Below, piece by piece: positions 30,360-40,404 of a stretch of 64,000 nucleotides of DNA. Below the pieces are notes generated by a model. That model had not been told where the DNA came from. It saw only the letters and a program-made list of their open reading frames with translations, and ran no database searches. The number at the start of each line of letters is the position of its first letter. Position 1 is the first letter of the stretch. The DNA lies in the NCBI GenBank assembly GCA_965262725.1, contig OZ253555.1, forward strand, positions 2,560,001-2,624,000. Reading direction: 5' to 3'. The translations under genes and the position numbers were made by a program. Origin of the DNA: Dehalococcoidia bacterium. Its GTDB lineage: Bacteria; Chloroflexota; Dehalococcoidia; UBA2979.

Positions 30360-32018
30360 CCCTGATCCACCGAAGAAGAGTGCGCGAGCGGCTGGGGTTG
30401 GGTGCTCCGCTGTAGCTGGGACAATGGTTTTTGACCGAATCACGTCACAGCCACAGGGAGCACCCATTCGATGTTAGCAACGAGCAGCCCCGACCGGATA
30501 CACATCGCCTTCGACGACGACCGCCTCGTGGACCACGCGGGCCTGCTGCTCCCGGCCACGCTCGCTGGCCGGCTCGGCCTCCGTGAACTGGCAGACGCCC
30601 ACCTCGACCTCGGTGACGCAGCGGGGCGGGCGAACGTCGGCGACAAGCTGATGACTCTCATCGCCTCGGCGCTCGCGGGCGGCGACTGCATCGATGACGC
30701 CGATGCCATGCGCTCAGGCGGCGCCGGGCGCGTGCTCGGCTGCACGGTGAAGGCGCCGTCCACCCTCGGGACGTTCCTGCGCAGCTTCCGCTGGGGCCAC
30801 GTCCGCCAGCTCGACCGCGTCAGCCGCGAGTTGCTGGCCCGCAGTTGGGCGGCCGGGGCGGGACCCGGCGCGGCACCGTTCACGATCGACCTCGACTCGA
30901 CGCTCTGCGAGACCTACGGACTGGCGAAAGAGGGCGCCCGGCACCACGGCTACACGGGCGTGCGCGGCTATCACCCGCTGCTCGCGGTGGCGGCCGGGAC
31001 GGGTGAGGTGCTGATGGCCCGGCTGCGCGGGGGCCGTGCCAACACCGCTCGGGGGGCCGCCCACTTCCTGCGTGAGACGGTGGGCCGGGTGCGCGACGCC
31101 GGGGCGAGCGGGCAGCTCACGGTGCGCGCCGACAGCGGCTTCTACAACCACGCTGTCGTCGCCGTCTGTCGCAAGCAGGATGTCCGCTTCTCCATCACCA
31201 TTCGCCAGCAGCCGAACGTACGCCGGCTGATCGAGGCGATACCGGAAGAGGACTGGACGCCGATCCCGTACTGGCAGGACGACGGCGCCGCTGTCGCCGA
31301 GACGACCTACACGCCGTTCCAGCACACGAGGGACGCCACCGCGGTGCGGCTCATCGTGCGGCGCGTCAAGCCGACGCCCGGCTCACAGCTCGCGCTCTTC
31401 GTGAACTACAGTTACCACGCCTTCATCACCGATCGCGCGGGGGAGATGATGGAGCTGGAGGCCGACCATCGCCGTCACGCCGAGATCGAGAACGCGATCC
31501 GCGACCTCAAGTACGGCGTCGGGTTGAACCATCTCCCCTCGGGCCGCTTCGCCGCGAACGCGGCGTGGCTCGCGGTGCAGGTGATCGCGCACAACCTCGC
31601 CCGCTGGACGGCACGCCTCGGGCTCGGCGAGGGGATCGTGACGACCAGGACGCTCAGGCGGCGCTACTTCTCTCTCGCCGGACGGCTCACCCACTCTGCC
31701 CGGCGGTGGACCCTGCACCTCCCGAAGCGCTGGCCCTGGGCCGGGCAGCTGGCAGCCGCGCTCGCGCGACTACGGGCGATACCGCTCCCGACCTGACGCC
31801 CGCTCACAGCGCCGAACCGGAGCCGAAGCTCGCGCCAGCATGCCCGCGCACGCCTCGCGCACCCTCGCGCCCGCACCCTCAGCGCCCCCGAGCGGCGCTG
31901 AGCGACGACTCCTGGCTCCGGCCCGCCCCCGGCGCCGCCCGGCGAACGCCGACACACCCGTCGAACTCTCCGGCAGCCCGGCACCCCGCCTCGTCAAGCT
32001 TCGTTCGGTGGATTCGAG
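30360..32018 (+). mobile_element. IS1380-family element
   Basis: IRs CCCTGATCCACCGAA / TTCGGTGGATTCGAG; CTAAT duplicated at 30355..30359 and 32019..32023. Confidence 0.87.
30471..31796 (+). CDS. IS1380-family transposase
   Basis: TIDLDST, GYHPL, RADSGF, EIENAIRDLK and F.ANAAWL motifs. Confidence 0.92.
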   Translation: MLATSSPDRIHIAFDDDRLVDHAGLLLPATLAGRLGLRELADAHLDLGDAAGRANVGDKLMTLIASALAGGDCIDDADAMRSGGAGRVLGCTVKAPSTLGTFLRSFRWGHVRQLDRVSRELLARSWAAGAGPGAAPFTIDLDSTLCETYGLAKEGARHHGYTGVRGYHPLLAVAAGTGEVLMARLRGGRANTARGAAHFLRETVGRVRDAGASGQLTVRADSGFYNHAVVAVCRKQDVRFSITIRQQPNVRRLIEAIPEEDWTPIPYWQDDGAAVAETTYTPFQHTRDATAVRLIVRRVKPTPGSQLALFVNYSYHAFITDRAGEMMELEADHRRHAEIENAIRDLKYGVGLNHLPSGRFAANAAWLAVQVIAHNLARWTARLGLGEGIVTTRTLRRRYFSLAGRLTHSARRWTLHLPKRWPWAGQLAAALARLRAIPLPT

Positions 32019-32067
32019 CTAATGGGCTCCGACTGGTGACCTGGAGCGATCTGGGAGACTGGTCCCA

Positions 32068-33075
32068 GGCCCGCCAGCCGGGGACCTCGTAGGGCTCGCC
32101 GTCCCAGGGAGCGAGGAGAGGGAGCTCCTCCTCCCGGAAGACCTCGAGCGGCCGGCGGCGGGTCGTGCCGTGGATGCGCTGTCCCGCCACCTCCAGGCAC
32201 CAGCTGCGGGCGGCGGAGCGCAGGTCGACGACGTCCCGGAAGTCGCCGCCCTTGAAGAGGCGCTCGCGCACGTAGGGGATGCTGCGTTCGACGCGCGGCT
32301 TGTCGCGGGGATGACGCACGCGCGCCGGGTCGGTGATGAAGCCTCTGTGGCGGGCGTACTCGAGGAAGCCCCGGGTGAGCCGCGGGTGCAGCGCGTCGGC
32401 CCCGGCCACGGCGGCCGGGAAGTTATCGATGACGAGGTAGCGCGGCACGCCCCCGAAGAAGGCCCAGGCCTCCTCCAGGCCCTCGATCACGGCGTCCAGC
32501 TTCTGGCTGGTGGTGGGCCACACAAAGCAGTGGCGTGAGTAGCGCCAGACGACGACCAGCGCCCACACCGCGCGCCGGCGGCCGCTCTCGGGGTCCCGGA
32601 TGAAGCCGAGGCGGCCGAAGTCCATCTCCGCCACCTCGCCCGGCGGCCCGTCGTCCATGCGCACGGTCGACGGCAGCCGGTGGCGCCAGCCGCGGCGCCG
32701 GATGAAACGCCGCAGCGTGGTGTAGGAGACCTCGCAGCCTCGTCCGGCGAGGAGCTCCTGGATGCGCGTCAGTTGCAGGCGGTCGGTCTCAAGCCAGCGC
32801 TCGATCTGCTCCGCCCAGGGCGAGAGCAGCTCCTCGCTCGGCGCCTCGACCTGCCGCGGGCCGGAGAGGCTCAGCGTCGCCAGCGCGGCGAGCTGCTCCT
32901 CACTCGGCTCGGGACCGCCCGGCGTGAGGCCGGCCGCCTCGGCCGCCTCGACGTAGCGGCGCACCGTCACGCGCGATAGCCCCGTGCCGCTGGCGATGCG
33001 GCGCTGGCTGAGCCCCGCCTGCCAGCGTCGAATGATCTCCTGGATCTCCACCCCGTGTACCTCCCGGTAGGCCAT
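32068..33075 (-). pseudogene. istA: IstA (element B), N-terminal part
   Basis: MAYREV...HTH, EMDFG, VIDN and KPRVER; breaks off after EVPGWRA. Confidence 0.88.
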
Positions 33076-33232
33076 CGCTGCTCCCTCCGCTGGGGATGCA
33101 GGCGATGGTGGCCGTACCGGCGACCCGGGCGGGCAGGAGCCCCTGACGGGGTGGATCAATGACCCTGGCGAAGTGGATCAATGACCCTGGCGATCTGGCG
33201 ATTTCGTGGTCTATAGACCTTGGCGATTCACA

Positions 33233-33345
33233 TGCTGAGCGACGGCTCCTGGCTCCGGCCCGCCCCCGGCGCCGCCCGGCGAACGCCGGCACGCCCGCCG
33301 AACTCTCCGGCAGCCCGACACCCCGCGTCGTCAAGCTTCGTTCGG
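33233..33345 (+). mobile_element. 3' remnant of a second IS1380 copy; its right IR is split by an intron and completed at 35263..35272
   Basis: Homologous to ~31896..32008; CTTCGTTCGG + TGGATTCGAG rejoins to the intact IR at 31999..32018. Confidence 0.85.
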
Positions 33346-35262
33346 TTCGCGGTAGGGATGCCGGTTGCCCGGCACCCCCCGCACAGATCCGGACGTGCCC
33401 TCTCGGGCATCCGGCTCCTACCTCAAGTGCGTGACGGCAAATCGCTCCGCAGGCCACGGGTGAAGGATGGAGATTCGGGGCCAGTGTTTCTGGCACAGGG
33501 CAAGGATGCGCTCCCACGTGAAACGGTCGCGCTGCGACCGCCGTCGGAGAACGCGCAGCCAGAGCCGCTTCACGAAACGAACAAACCGCGTGAGCGCCGG
33601 CGAGCTGGTCGGCACCGCGTAGTAGCCAAGCCACCCACGCAGTACCCGCCCCAGCCACTGCCCCGTCGTCACGGGGTTGTCGTGCATGCGCCGCCACAAC
33701 TCGGCCTTGATGACCTTCAGCGTCCGGCGCATCCGCTTCGCAACGGGCTTGCGCCCCAGCCCGAATCTCCCGTCGCGTCGGGTCCGGCAGTAGTGCGTCA
33801 TGCCGAGAAAGTCGAACGTTTCCGGTCGGCCCTCCCCGCGCTTCCGCCTGTTCGCCAGCGCGAACCTGCCGAACTCAAGTAGACGGGTCTTCTCCGGGTG
33901 CAGCTCCAGCCCGTAGGCCGCGAACCGCTCCCGGAGTGCCTCCATGAACCGCACCGCATCGCTGCGGTGCTGGAAACCCAGGACGAAGTCATCGGCATAC
34001 CGCACGATGTACGCCTCGCCCCGGACCTCCCGCGGTCGCCACTCGCGCGCAAACCAGTCGTCGAGCACGTTGTGCAGGTACACGTTCGCAAGCAGCGGCG
34101 ATATCGGCGCCCCCTGCGGCATCCCCCGCACGAAATCGACTTCCGGCTCCGCGTCCATGACGCCGACGCTCAGCCACTTTCGTATCAGGCGCAACACCCG
34201 CTGGTCCCCGATGCGCATCTCCAGAAACGACATCAGCCGCCCCCGGTCGATGCTGCCGAAGAACTCCCGGATGTCCACCTCGACAATCCAGCTGACCTTG
34301 CGCCGTTCGACCGCGTAGGCCAGTGCGTCCAGCGCGTCATGCGCCGAACGCCCCGGCCTGAAGCCATGCGAGAAGCCGTAGTAGCCCGATTCGTAAATCG
34401 GGTTCAAAAGATTGTCCACCACCGCCCGCTGAACGATCTTGTCCTCCAGCGAGACGATACCGAGCGGCCGTATTCCCCCGTCCGGCTTGGGTATCTCTAC
34501 CCGCCTGACGGGCTTCGCCCGGTACGCTCCACGGTGTACGCGGCCATGCAGGTCGAGCAATCGCTCGTCCAGCCCGTCCCCGTATTCTCGCCACCTCACC
34601 CCGTCCACGCCCGGAGCCGCATCCCGCTTCAACGCGAGATACGCCTCCCGCAGCGCCTCCGGCGTGATGTGGTGCAAGAGCGCGGTGAGTTTCTCTCCCG
34701 GCTTCCGTTCCACGAACTGCCGTATCCTCTCCGCTCCGGGTGACACCGCACCCCGACTCTGCGTCCGGACCGTGCCGGTGCTTTGAGGATTCCTCTCGGT
34801 TGGGGCCCTTTGCTCCAGCGACTCCGCCGGGGCTCGCGCCCCCTTGTTCGCCGCCTTCATCGCTCGTACGGCCCCATCAGACTGCTGCGCATCGTTCATC
34901 ATCGGCTACGGTTTACGTCCCTTCCCGACGCGGTCCCGGCGTACGACTCGTCGGGACAACGCGCAGCTCTCCCAAGTCCCGGCGATAGACGTGTGTGCGT
35001 GCATGGGGTCTTCGACACCGTGGGGCCCGACCACGACTCGCCAGTAGCGCCGTCGCCGGTATTGCCTTCGACCAATCCAAGAGCCTCGGCACCCCAAATG
35101 GCCCTTTCGATGCTCATTAGCCCCGCCCGCACACCCCGCTGCCGACGCTTCACAAGCCGCCTCGCGACGACCCGCGCACGGCTCGCGGAATGACATGAGT
35201 GGCTAGCTCTTTGCCATAGAGGACTTCCACCTCCTGCCTACTCGCCAGTTAGCCTGGCGCTC
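33346..35262 (-). mobile_element. Complete group II intron inserted in the IS1380 right IR
   Basis: Boundaries fixed by comparison with the empty IS1380 end; 5' GAGCGCCAGG; domain V GAGCCGGATGCCCGAGAGGGCACGTCCGGATC; 3' ...CCCTACCGCGAA. Confidence 0.88.
33418..34902 (-). CDS. ltrA: Group II intron reverse transcriptase/maturase, no endonuclease domain
   Basis: APGVDG, IPKPDG, GFRPG, PQGAPISPLLANVYL, YADD and FDFLG motifs. Confidence 0.95.
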   Translation of the reverse strand: MMNDAQQSDGAVRAMKAANKGARAPAESLEQRAPTERNPQSTGTVRTQSRGAVSPGAERIRQFVERKPGEKLTALLHHITPEALREAYLALKRDAAPGVDGVRWREYGDGLDERLLDLHGRVHRGAYRAKPVRRVEIPKPDGGIRPLGIVSLEDKIVQRAVVDNLLNPIYESGYYGFSHGFRPGRSAHDALDALAYAVERRKVSWIVEVDIREFFGSIDRGRLMSFLEMRIGDQRVLRLIRKWLSVGVMDAEPEVDFVRGMPQGAPISPLLANVYLHNVLDDWFAREWRPREVRGEAYIVRYADDFVLGFQHRSDAVRFMEALRERFAAYGLELHPEKTRLLEFGRFALANRRKRGEGRPETFDFLGMTHYCRTRRDGRFGLGRKPVAKRMRRTLKVIKAELWRRMHDNPVTTGQWLGRVLRGWLGYYAVPTSSPALTRFVRFVKRLWLRVLRRRSQRDRFTWERILALCQKHWPRISILHPWPAERFAVTHLR

Positions 35263-35414
35263 TGGATTCGAGCTAAGCCAGTCCTCAAGGGTCACTTCCG
35301 AGGCCCTGTACGTGTCGCTACTACTCGGTGATACGACAGTCTAGTGCGCCATGCCCGACGGACGGGGCGCCGCGGTGGCCGACCGGTCTACGCGTGGTGC
35401 CCCCGGCGCCGGGG

Positions 35415-35816
35415 TTACGGCTCCTGTTCGCGATCACGCGCCTCGAGCGTCCTGGGGTCGCGGGTCACGAGCCACTTGAAGAGCGCCTCCAGTTCGGTGG
35501 GCTCGAGTCCGTGGGTGTCGAACCAGAGGTCCCGGAAGCGGAAGTACGTGCGGATCGCCTCGTCGTGATCGCCCGCTGAGCGGTGGATCCCGATCAGGGC
35601 GCGCACCGCGTTCTCGTCCAGCGGGTCGGCGTCGAGCGCCACGTCGATCGCCCGCCGTGCCGCCGGCAGATCGCCGCACGCGATCTGCTCACCGATGTAC
35701 TCCCCGAGCACGTGACGGGTGCCTCCCCACGGCTCAGGGACAGTGGCGGCCGCGCGTGGACGGATGCGCCAGCTCGCGCCGACCGGGGACATCAACGGGG
35801 TCCGCAAGGTCTTCAA
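35415..35816 (-). pseudogene. BTAD (bacterial transcriptional activator domain) fragment
   Basis: ALDADPLDE.A.RALI....GD..EA...Y...R......GLEP pattern. Confidence 0.6.
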
Positions 35817-35923
35817 GGTGCTGACCGAGTCGCTGCGGGAGCTGGACGACCCGCGGGCCGGGCCCGCCCAGGAGAGGAGGGAGCTGCTCGCCGAACTCCT
35901 GGCCCGGGAGAAGGGGTGGTGGT

Positions 35924-36481
35924 GTGACCGGGCACACTGCGGGCGGGCGCCCTGCGTGGCTGATGAGGGCCCGGGAGCCGTGGGCCGTGTACCCGGTGCT
36001 CCCGGGAGCAGCCCTCATGGCCGGGGCGATCCTGGGGATGCGCGGGCGGGAGCCTGTGGAGATCGCTTCGGGCGCGGGCTTCAGTGCGATCTTCGTGGCG
36101 CTGGACTGGTCGGACCTCCGCCGCCGCGTCATCCCGAACCGGATCGTCTACCCGGCGCTGGTCCTGGAGCTCGCCGCCTTCGGTGACTGGCCCGAGCGCG
36201 GATTCGCCGAGGCGCTCGCGGGCGGGCTCGGCGCGCTCGCCGTCGCGATCGCCACCCGCGGACTGAGCGGCGGCGGCCTCGGCGGCGGGGACGTGAAGAT
36301 GGCCGCGCTGATGGGAGCGGTCGTGGGCTACCCGGGGGTGCTGTCGGCCGGACTCTGGGCCGCGTGCGCGGGAGGCGTGACCGCTGCGGCGCTGCCGGCC
36401 ACGCGGCGAGCCGGGTGGGGTGCGCGAGTGCCCTACGGGCCGTTCCTCGCGCTCGGCGCGATCGCCGCGTTGGTGGGCTGA
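35924..36481 (+). CDS. A24-family prepilin peptidase
   Basis: DLRRRVIPN, GLGGGDVKM and VPYGPFLA motifs; several TM segments. Confidence 0.85.
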   Translation: MTGHTAGGRPAWLMRAREPWAVYPVLPGAALMAGAILGMRGREPVEIASGAGFSAIFVALDWSDLRRRVIPNRIVYPALVLELAAFGDWPERGFAEALAGGLGALAVAIATRGLSGGGLGGGDVKMAALMGAVVGYPGVLSAGLWAACAGGVTAAALPATRRAGWGARVPYGPFLALGAIAALVG

Positions 36482-37065
36482 TGCTGCTCGTAGGCACCAG
36501 CGAACGGTCGCGGAAATGGTGTGACCCACCCTGGACGTACTCGTCACTCTCCACACGCTCGTCACTTTCCGCACGCCCCTGGGACGGCTCGCACGACGCC
36601 CCCGGCGTCCGCGTCGACTGGGACTATGCGTCGAGATCCGGGGACACCGGTGCCCACGGCGGAGACACGTTCTACTTCAACTGGGACGGGAACCCCCAGA
36701 GCGGTCCTGCCTGCCCCGGCAGACTCTCGGACGAGACAACCCGAGTGGTCTCATCCGAACGCCTGCTGGCGACAGGTGGATGTTGGTGTGGCTGCGGTGC
36801 CGAGACCACGATCGGCTCCTTCTTCTGCCGGCCACGACAAGACCGTCGAGTCCGACGTGATCTCGGTCGAGTTTGGCGGCGTTCCTGAGTTCCCGCTTCA
36901 GCACGGCTACGGCCCTGCGGGCAAGAACGCCGCACGCGAGGTGTCGAAGTGGCGCGCCGAGGGCGATGAGGTGCGATGACCACGAGCCGACGCGGACGGA
37001 GAGACTCCGGCGGGGAGACCCGACCGTGCGGGAACGGCAACGTGGCCGACTACCGTTGCGACTAC

Positions 37066-37155
37066 TGGCGGATGGCCGACGCCCTGCGCGGCAGCATGGA
37101 CGCCGCCGACTACAAGCATGTCGACCTCGGGCTGATCTTCCTCAAGTACGTCTCC
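37066..37155 (+). pseudogene. hsdM: Type I R-M HsdM N-terminal relic
   Basis: [30 protein letters not shown]. Confidence 0.8.
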
Positions 37156-37306
37156 GGAATCGTCGCAACTCGTGCTCGCCGATAGGCGGGGGAGCGGCAG
37201 TCGGCCGACTGTGGCGCCACTCCAACGACCGGAGGCATCTCGCCTGCTACGAAGCGGGCGAGTAGACTGCGGACTCTAGTCGCGGTGAGTGACCGGCAGG
37301 CGTTGC

Positions 37307-39766
37307 ATGACGATCAATGAGTCCGCACTTGCCCGCCTGAAGTCGCAGCTCGCGCGGGGGGAGATCGTACTCTTCACCGGCGCAGGCTTCTCAAGCGGAG
37401 CCAAAGACCGTACAGGCTTGAACGTACCAGGTTCCACGCAGCTCGCTGAAGAACTATGGTCGCTCAGCTTCCCTGATAGGCCTTTTGATATAGCCGCCCG
37501 TCTTGGCGACATTGTTGAGGCGGCGCGACGACGTAATCGGCGCGGCCTGGCGGCAGCCCTAGAAAGGCGCCTGAGCGTCGACCCGGCCAGCATTCCAGAC
37601 AGCTACCGGATATGGTTCTCGGCTCCATGGCGCCGGTGCTACACCCTCAACGTTGACAATATCGAGGTTGCGGTTTCGAATCGCTTTGATATTCCACGAT
37701 CAATACGGTCATTCAGTGCTACGACGACAACGGATATCGCACAGCCTCACGAGGACGTGCTTGAGGTCGTGCACTTGAATGGGATGGTCGGGGATGCTCT
37801 CGACTCTCTGACATTCTCAGAATTCGACTACGGCCTCCGGCAGACGCAGCCGGATGCTTGGTTCAGCAACTGTACCGCTGACATCTTATCGAAGCCGGTG
37901 GTTTTCGTGGGTACGGAACTGCGCGAACCTACGATTTGGCAGTACTTGAGCTACCGGCAATCCAAAGGAGTCCGCGGGACGCATGAATACCGGCCCGGCT
38001 CCTATCTCGTGGTTCCCAAACTGGACGCAGCTCGTATTCTCATGCTGGACAACCTGAATATCACGCACGTTCCACTCGACGCGGAAGGCTTCGCTGAGAT
38101 CTTAGCCTCGCTCACTGAAGAGACTGCTCGTGGCTTGCGAGCCCTCGGCGAAAGGGTCGACTCCGCAGCACTGCACCGACGTCCCAGCCGCGTGAGCGAA
38201 CTCGTCGGTGAGAAGGCGCGCCCGGATCGTGAGTACCTTCTCGGCGACGAACCGACTTGGTCCGACTTGACAGAGGGTATTGCGGCGGTTCGTCAATTCG
38301 ACACTGAGCTAGCCGACACTGCACTAGCTGCCCTCCGTCGCGAGGAGACTCTCGAGCCAGTACTTATTACCGGCACGGCAGGCTCCGGTAAGAGCACGAG
38401 TCTGATGAGCCTGGGGCTACGCCTTACTGCAGCCGGAATTCCCAGCTATTGGATCGATGAGACGTTCGACATTCGGCCGGCGGCAATTAGTGAAATCCCT
38501 AGGATCGAGGAAGGTCCTGTTGCGATCTTAATTGATGACATTGACCTGTGGGGTGGAATAGGCGCGTCATGGATCCGAGATATTCCTCCCACTAGGCCGA
38601 GTGTTCTTCTAGTGGCAGCGCTACGTTCCGCTCGTGTCGAAGGGCGCTTTGACAGCACAGCCTTGGGCGGCGTCCGCACGGTCACTGCGCCAATGCCACC
38701 ACTTGACGACGGCGATATACGCAGCATCTTGGCGACTTTGAAGTTGCATAATCGCCTGGGCGTTCTTCGTGGCATGAGTACGCAGGACCAGGTCCAAGCA
38801 TTCAAGATGAAGGCCGGACGGCAATTGTTGGTAGCGATGATAGAAGCTACCTCAGGTGTCAGCCTCCGTGAGAAGGTCTATGAGGAGTTCAGTCAGCTAC
38901 AGGAGGCAGAACGCCTCCTGTATGCAATTGTGTGCGTAGTTACGTCGCAGCGATATAGTATGGACAGAGAAGGCCTACTGCTTGCGGTCGGAGACGCAAC
39001 TAATAGCACTCTCAATGCTCTTGAGAGTTTAGTGCGTAGCCATCTAATTACCCGCGAGACAATACACGCCGGTTACCAAGCTCGGCACCGCGTAATCGCC
39101 GATGAGGTTGTAACCGAGATGCGTAACGGCAATCTTGCGCGTCAAGCCCTCAGTGGAATCTGCTTCATGCTCGCGACACGTGTGAGGCGCGATACTGAGA
39201 CACAAAGTCGTCCATTCCGACAACTCATCCGCTTCATCAACCATGACTATCTGTTCCGGATGGCCGGGGCTGAGACTGCACGTGATATCTATCAGGATAT
39301 TGAATCCCTCCTCAGTTGGGACTATCAGTACTGGCTCCAGCGAGGCAGTCTCGAACTCGAGAATGATGGCTTGTCACTCGCGGAAAACTTCCTCGGTCAA
39401 GCACGCAGCATGGCCAGCGGGCATCCCCAAGTCGAGACCGCATACGCTCATCTACTCTTGAAGAAGGCCGCAGCTGAGCCTAGCCATCCAGAGGCACCGC
39501 AGTGGTACGACAATGGGAAGCGCATCCTGACGGCATTGATTGCCAGCTCGGGACGCACCGACAGCTACGCCTACCACATTCTGGGAAGTCAGACGATCTC
39601 ATGGGTTCGTCGCGAACAGTTGACGCGTGAGGCTTCGCGCGATCTACTTGGCGAGGTGCGCCTTCTTGTGCGCGAGGGTGTTCGCAACCATCCTTCGCAT
39701 TCGCAGCTTAGGAGACTCGAAGAGGATCTGGGACGCGAGTGGCTGATGACCGCAGTTAGTGAGTAG
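37307..39766 (+). CDS. SIR2-like (putative NADase) + P-loop STAND-type ATPase + helical-repeat C-terminus; predicted antiviral protein
   Basis: LFTGAGFS, YTLNVD, HLNG and VVFVG; Walker A GTAGSGKS, Walker B ILIDD; more AT-rich than its flanks. Confidence 0.82.
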   Translation: MTINESALARLKSQLARGEIVLFTGAGFSSGAKDRTGLNVPGSTQLAEELWSLSFPDRPFDIAARLGDIVEAARRRNRRGLAAALERRLSVDPASIPDSYRIWFSAPWRRCYTLNVDNIEVAVSNRFDIPRSIRSFSATTTTDIAQPHEDVLEVVHLNGMVGDALDSLTFSEFDYGLRQTQPDAWFSNCTADILSKPVVFVGTELREPTIWQYLSYRQSKGVRGTHEYRPGSYLVVPKLDAARILMLDNLNITHVPLDAEGFAEILASLTEETARGLRALGERVDSAALHRRPSRVSELVGEKARPDREYLLGDEPTWSDLTEGIAAVRQFDTELADTALAALRREETLEPVLITGTAGSGKSTSLMSLGLRLTAAGIPSYWIDETFDIRPAAISEIPRIEEGPVAILIDDIDLWGGIGASWIRDIPPTRPSVLLVAALRSARVEGRFDSTALGGVRTVTAPMPPLDDGDIRSILATLKLHNRLGVLRGMSTQDQVQAFKMKAGRQLLVAMIEATSGVSLREKVYEEFSQLQEAERLLYAIVCVVTSQRYSMDREGLLLAVGDATNSTLNALESLVRSHLITRETIHAGYQARHRVIADEVVTEMRNGNLARQALSGICFMLATRVRRDTETQSRPFRQLIRFINHDYLFRMAGAETARDIYQDIESLLSWDYQYWLQRGSLELENDGLSLAENFLGQARSMASGHPQVETAYAHLLLKKAAAEPSHPEAPQWYDNGKRILTALIASSGRTDSYAYHILGSQTISWVRREQLTREASRDLLGEVRLLVREGVRNHPSHSQLRRLEEDLGREWLMTAVSE

Positions 39767-40404
39767 CCCGACAGCTCGCAATGGAGCGGAACAAGGACCA
39801 GCTTCTCCCACTTGCCTTCGATGCCTCGTGCGGGTGAGCCACCGGAGCCGCTGGCGCGATTGCCCAGAATCGGGCTCGACGGTGACACGTTGTCCGAGCA
39901 GTCCGGAGCGAAGCTGGGTGCCCTCGGGCTAGATGGTCTCCGAGCGGCTGGCTCGACAGTGGTTCCGGCGTCCAGGCGCTCCGTTGCCGGGATGTAGCTG
40001 CGGACGGCGACGCGGGAGATCCCGTGGGGCGCACGCCGGGAAGGACTCGGACCCTCGAGCCTCAGTCCATGAATATGGGGTTCCGAGTAGTTGGCCGACG
40101 GCCTGAGCGCATCGGGAGACGCGGATTCACCCCCGGCTCACGGACGCAAGCTCCTCGCGCCGTCGAGTGGAGCCCCGTGCGACCTGCTGGCGGAGCCAAG
40201 AATCGAACAAGGAGAAGCACGGCTTCATCCGAATCCTCGTGGTTGCGGGGAAGATTGCCTCTGGGATCGTTCCGCGGCTAGTAAGGTTGATGCGCGGCCC
40301 ATCGAGTGTCCCGGGGCTCGTCCAACGCCGCGTCGGTTCGCTTTCATTGTCATCCAGCCAGCACAAGTTCGAGAGCGTGGCGACCGTCGTTGCGCCGGGC
40401 ACGA

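Larger units (their letters stand above)
25129..33232 (-). mobile_element. IS21-family element B, host of nested insertions
   Basis: Ends TGTCGATCGCCAGGGTCATTGAGCCAC (25129) and repeated GTGGATCAATGACCCTGGCGA ... TTGGCGATTCACA (33232); istA/istB on the minus strand; no target duplication seen. Confidence 0.85.

Noticed and set aside
33418-34902. RT as a retron, DGR or defence-associated RT
   Set aside because: Followed directly by group II domains V/VI and has exact intron boundaries; no template/variable repeat pair or msr-msd seen
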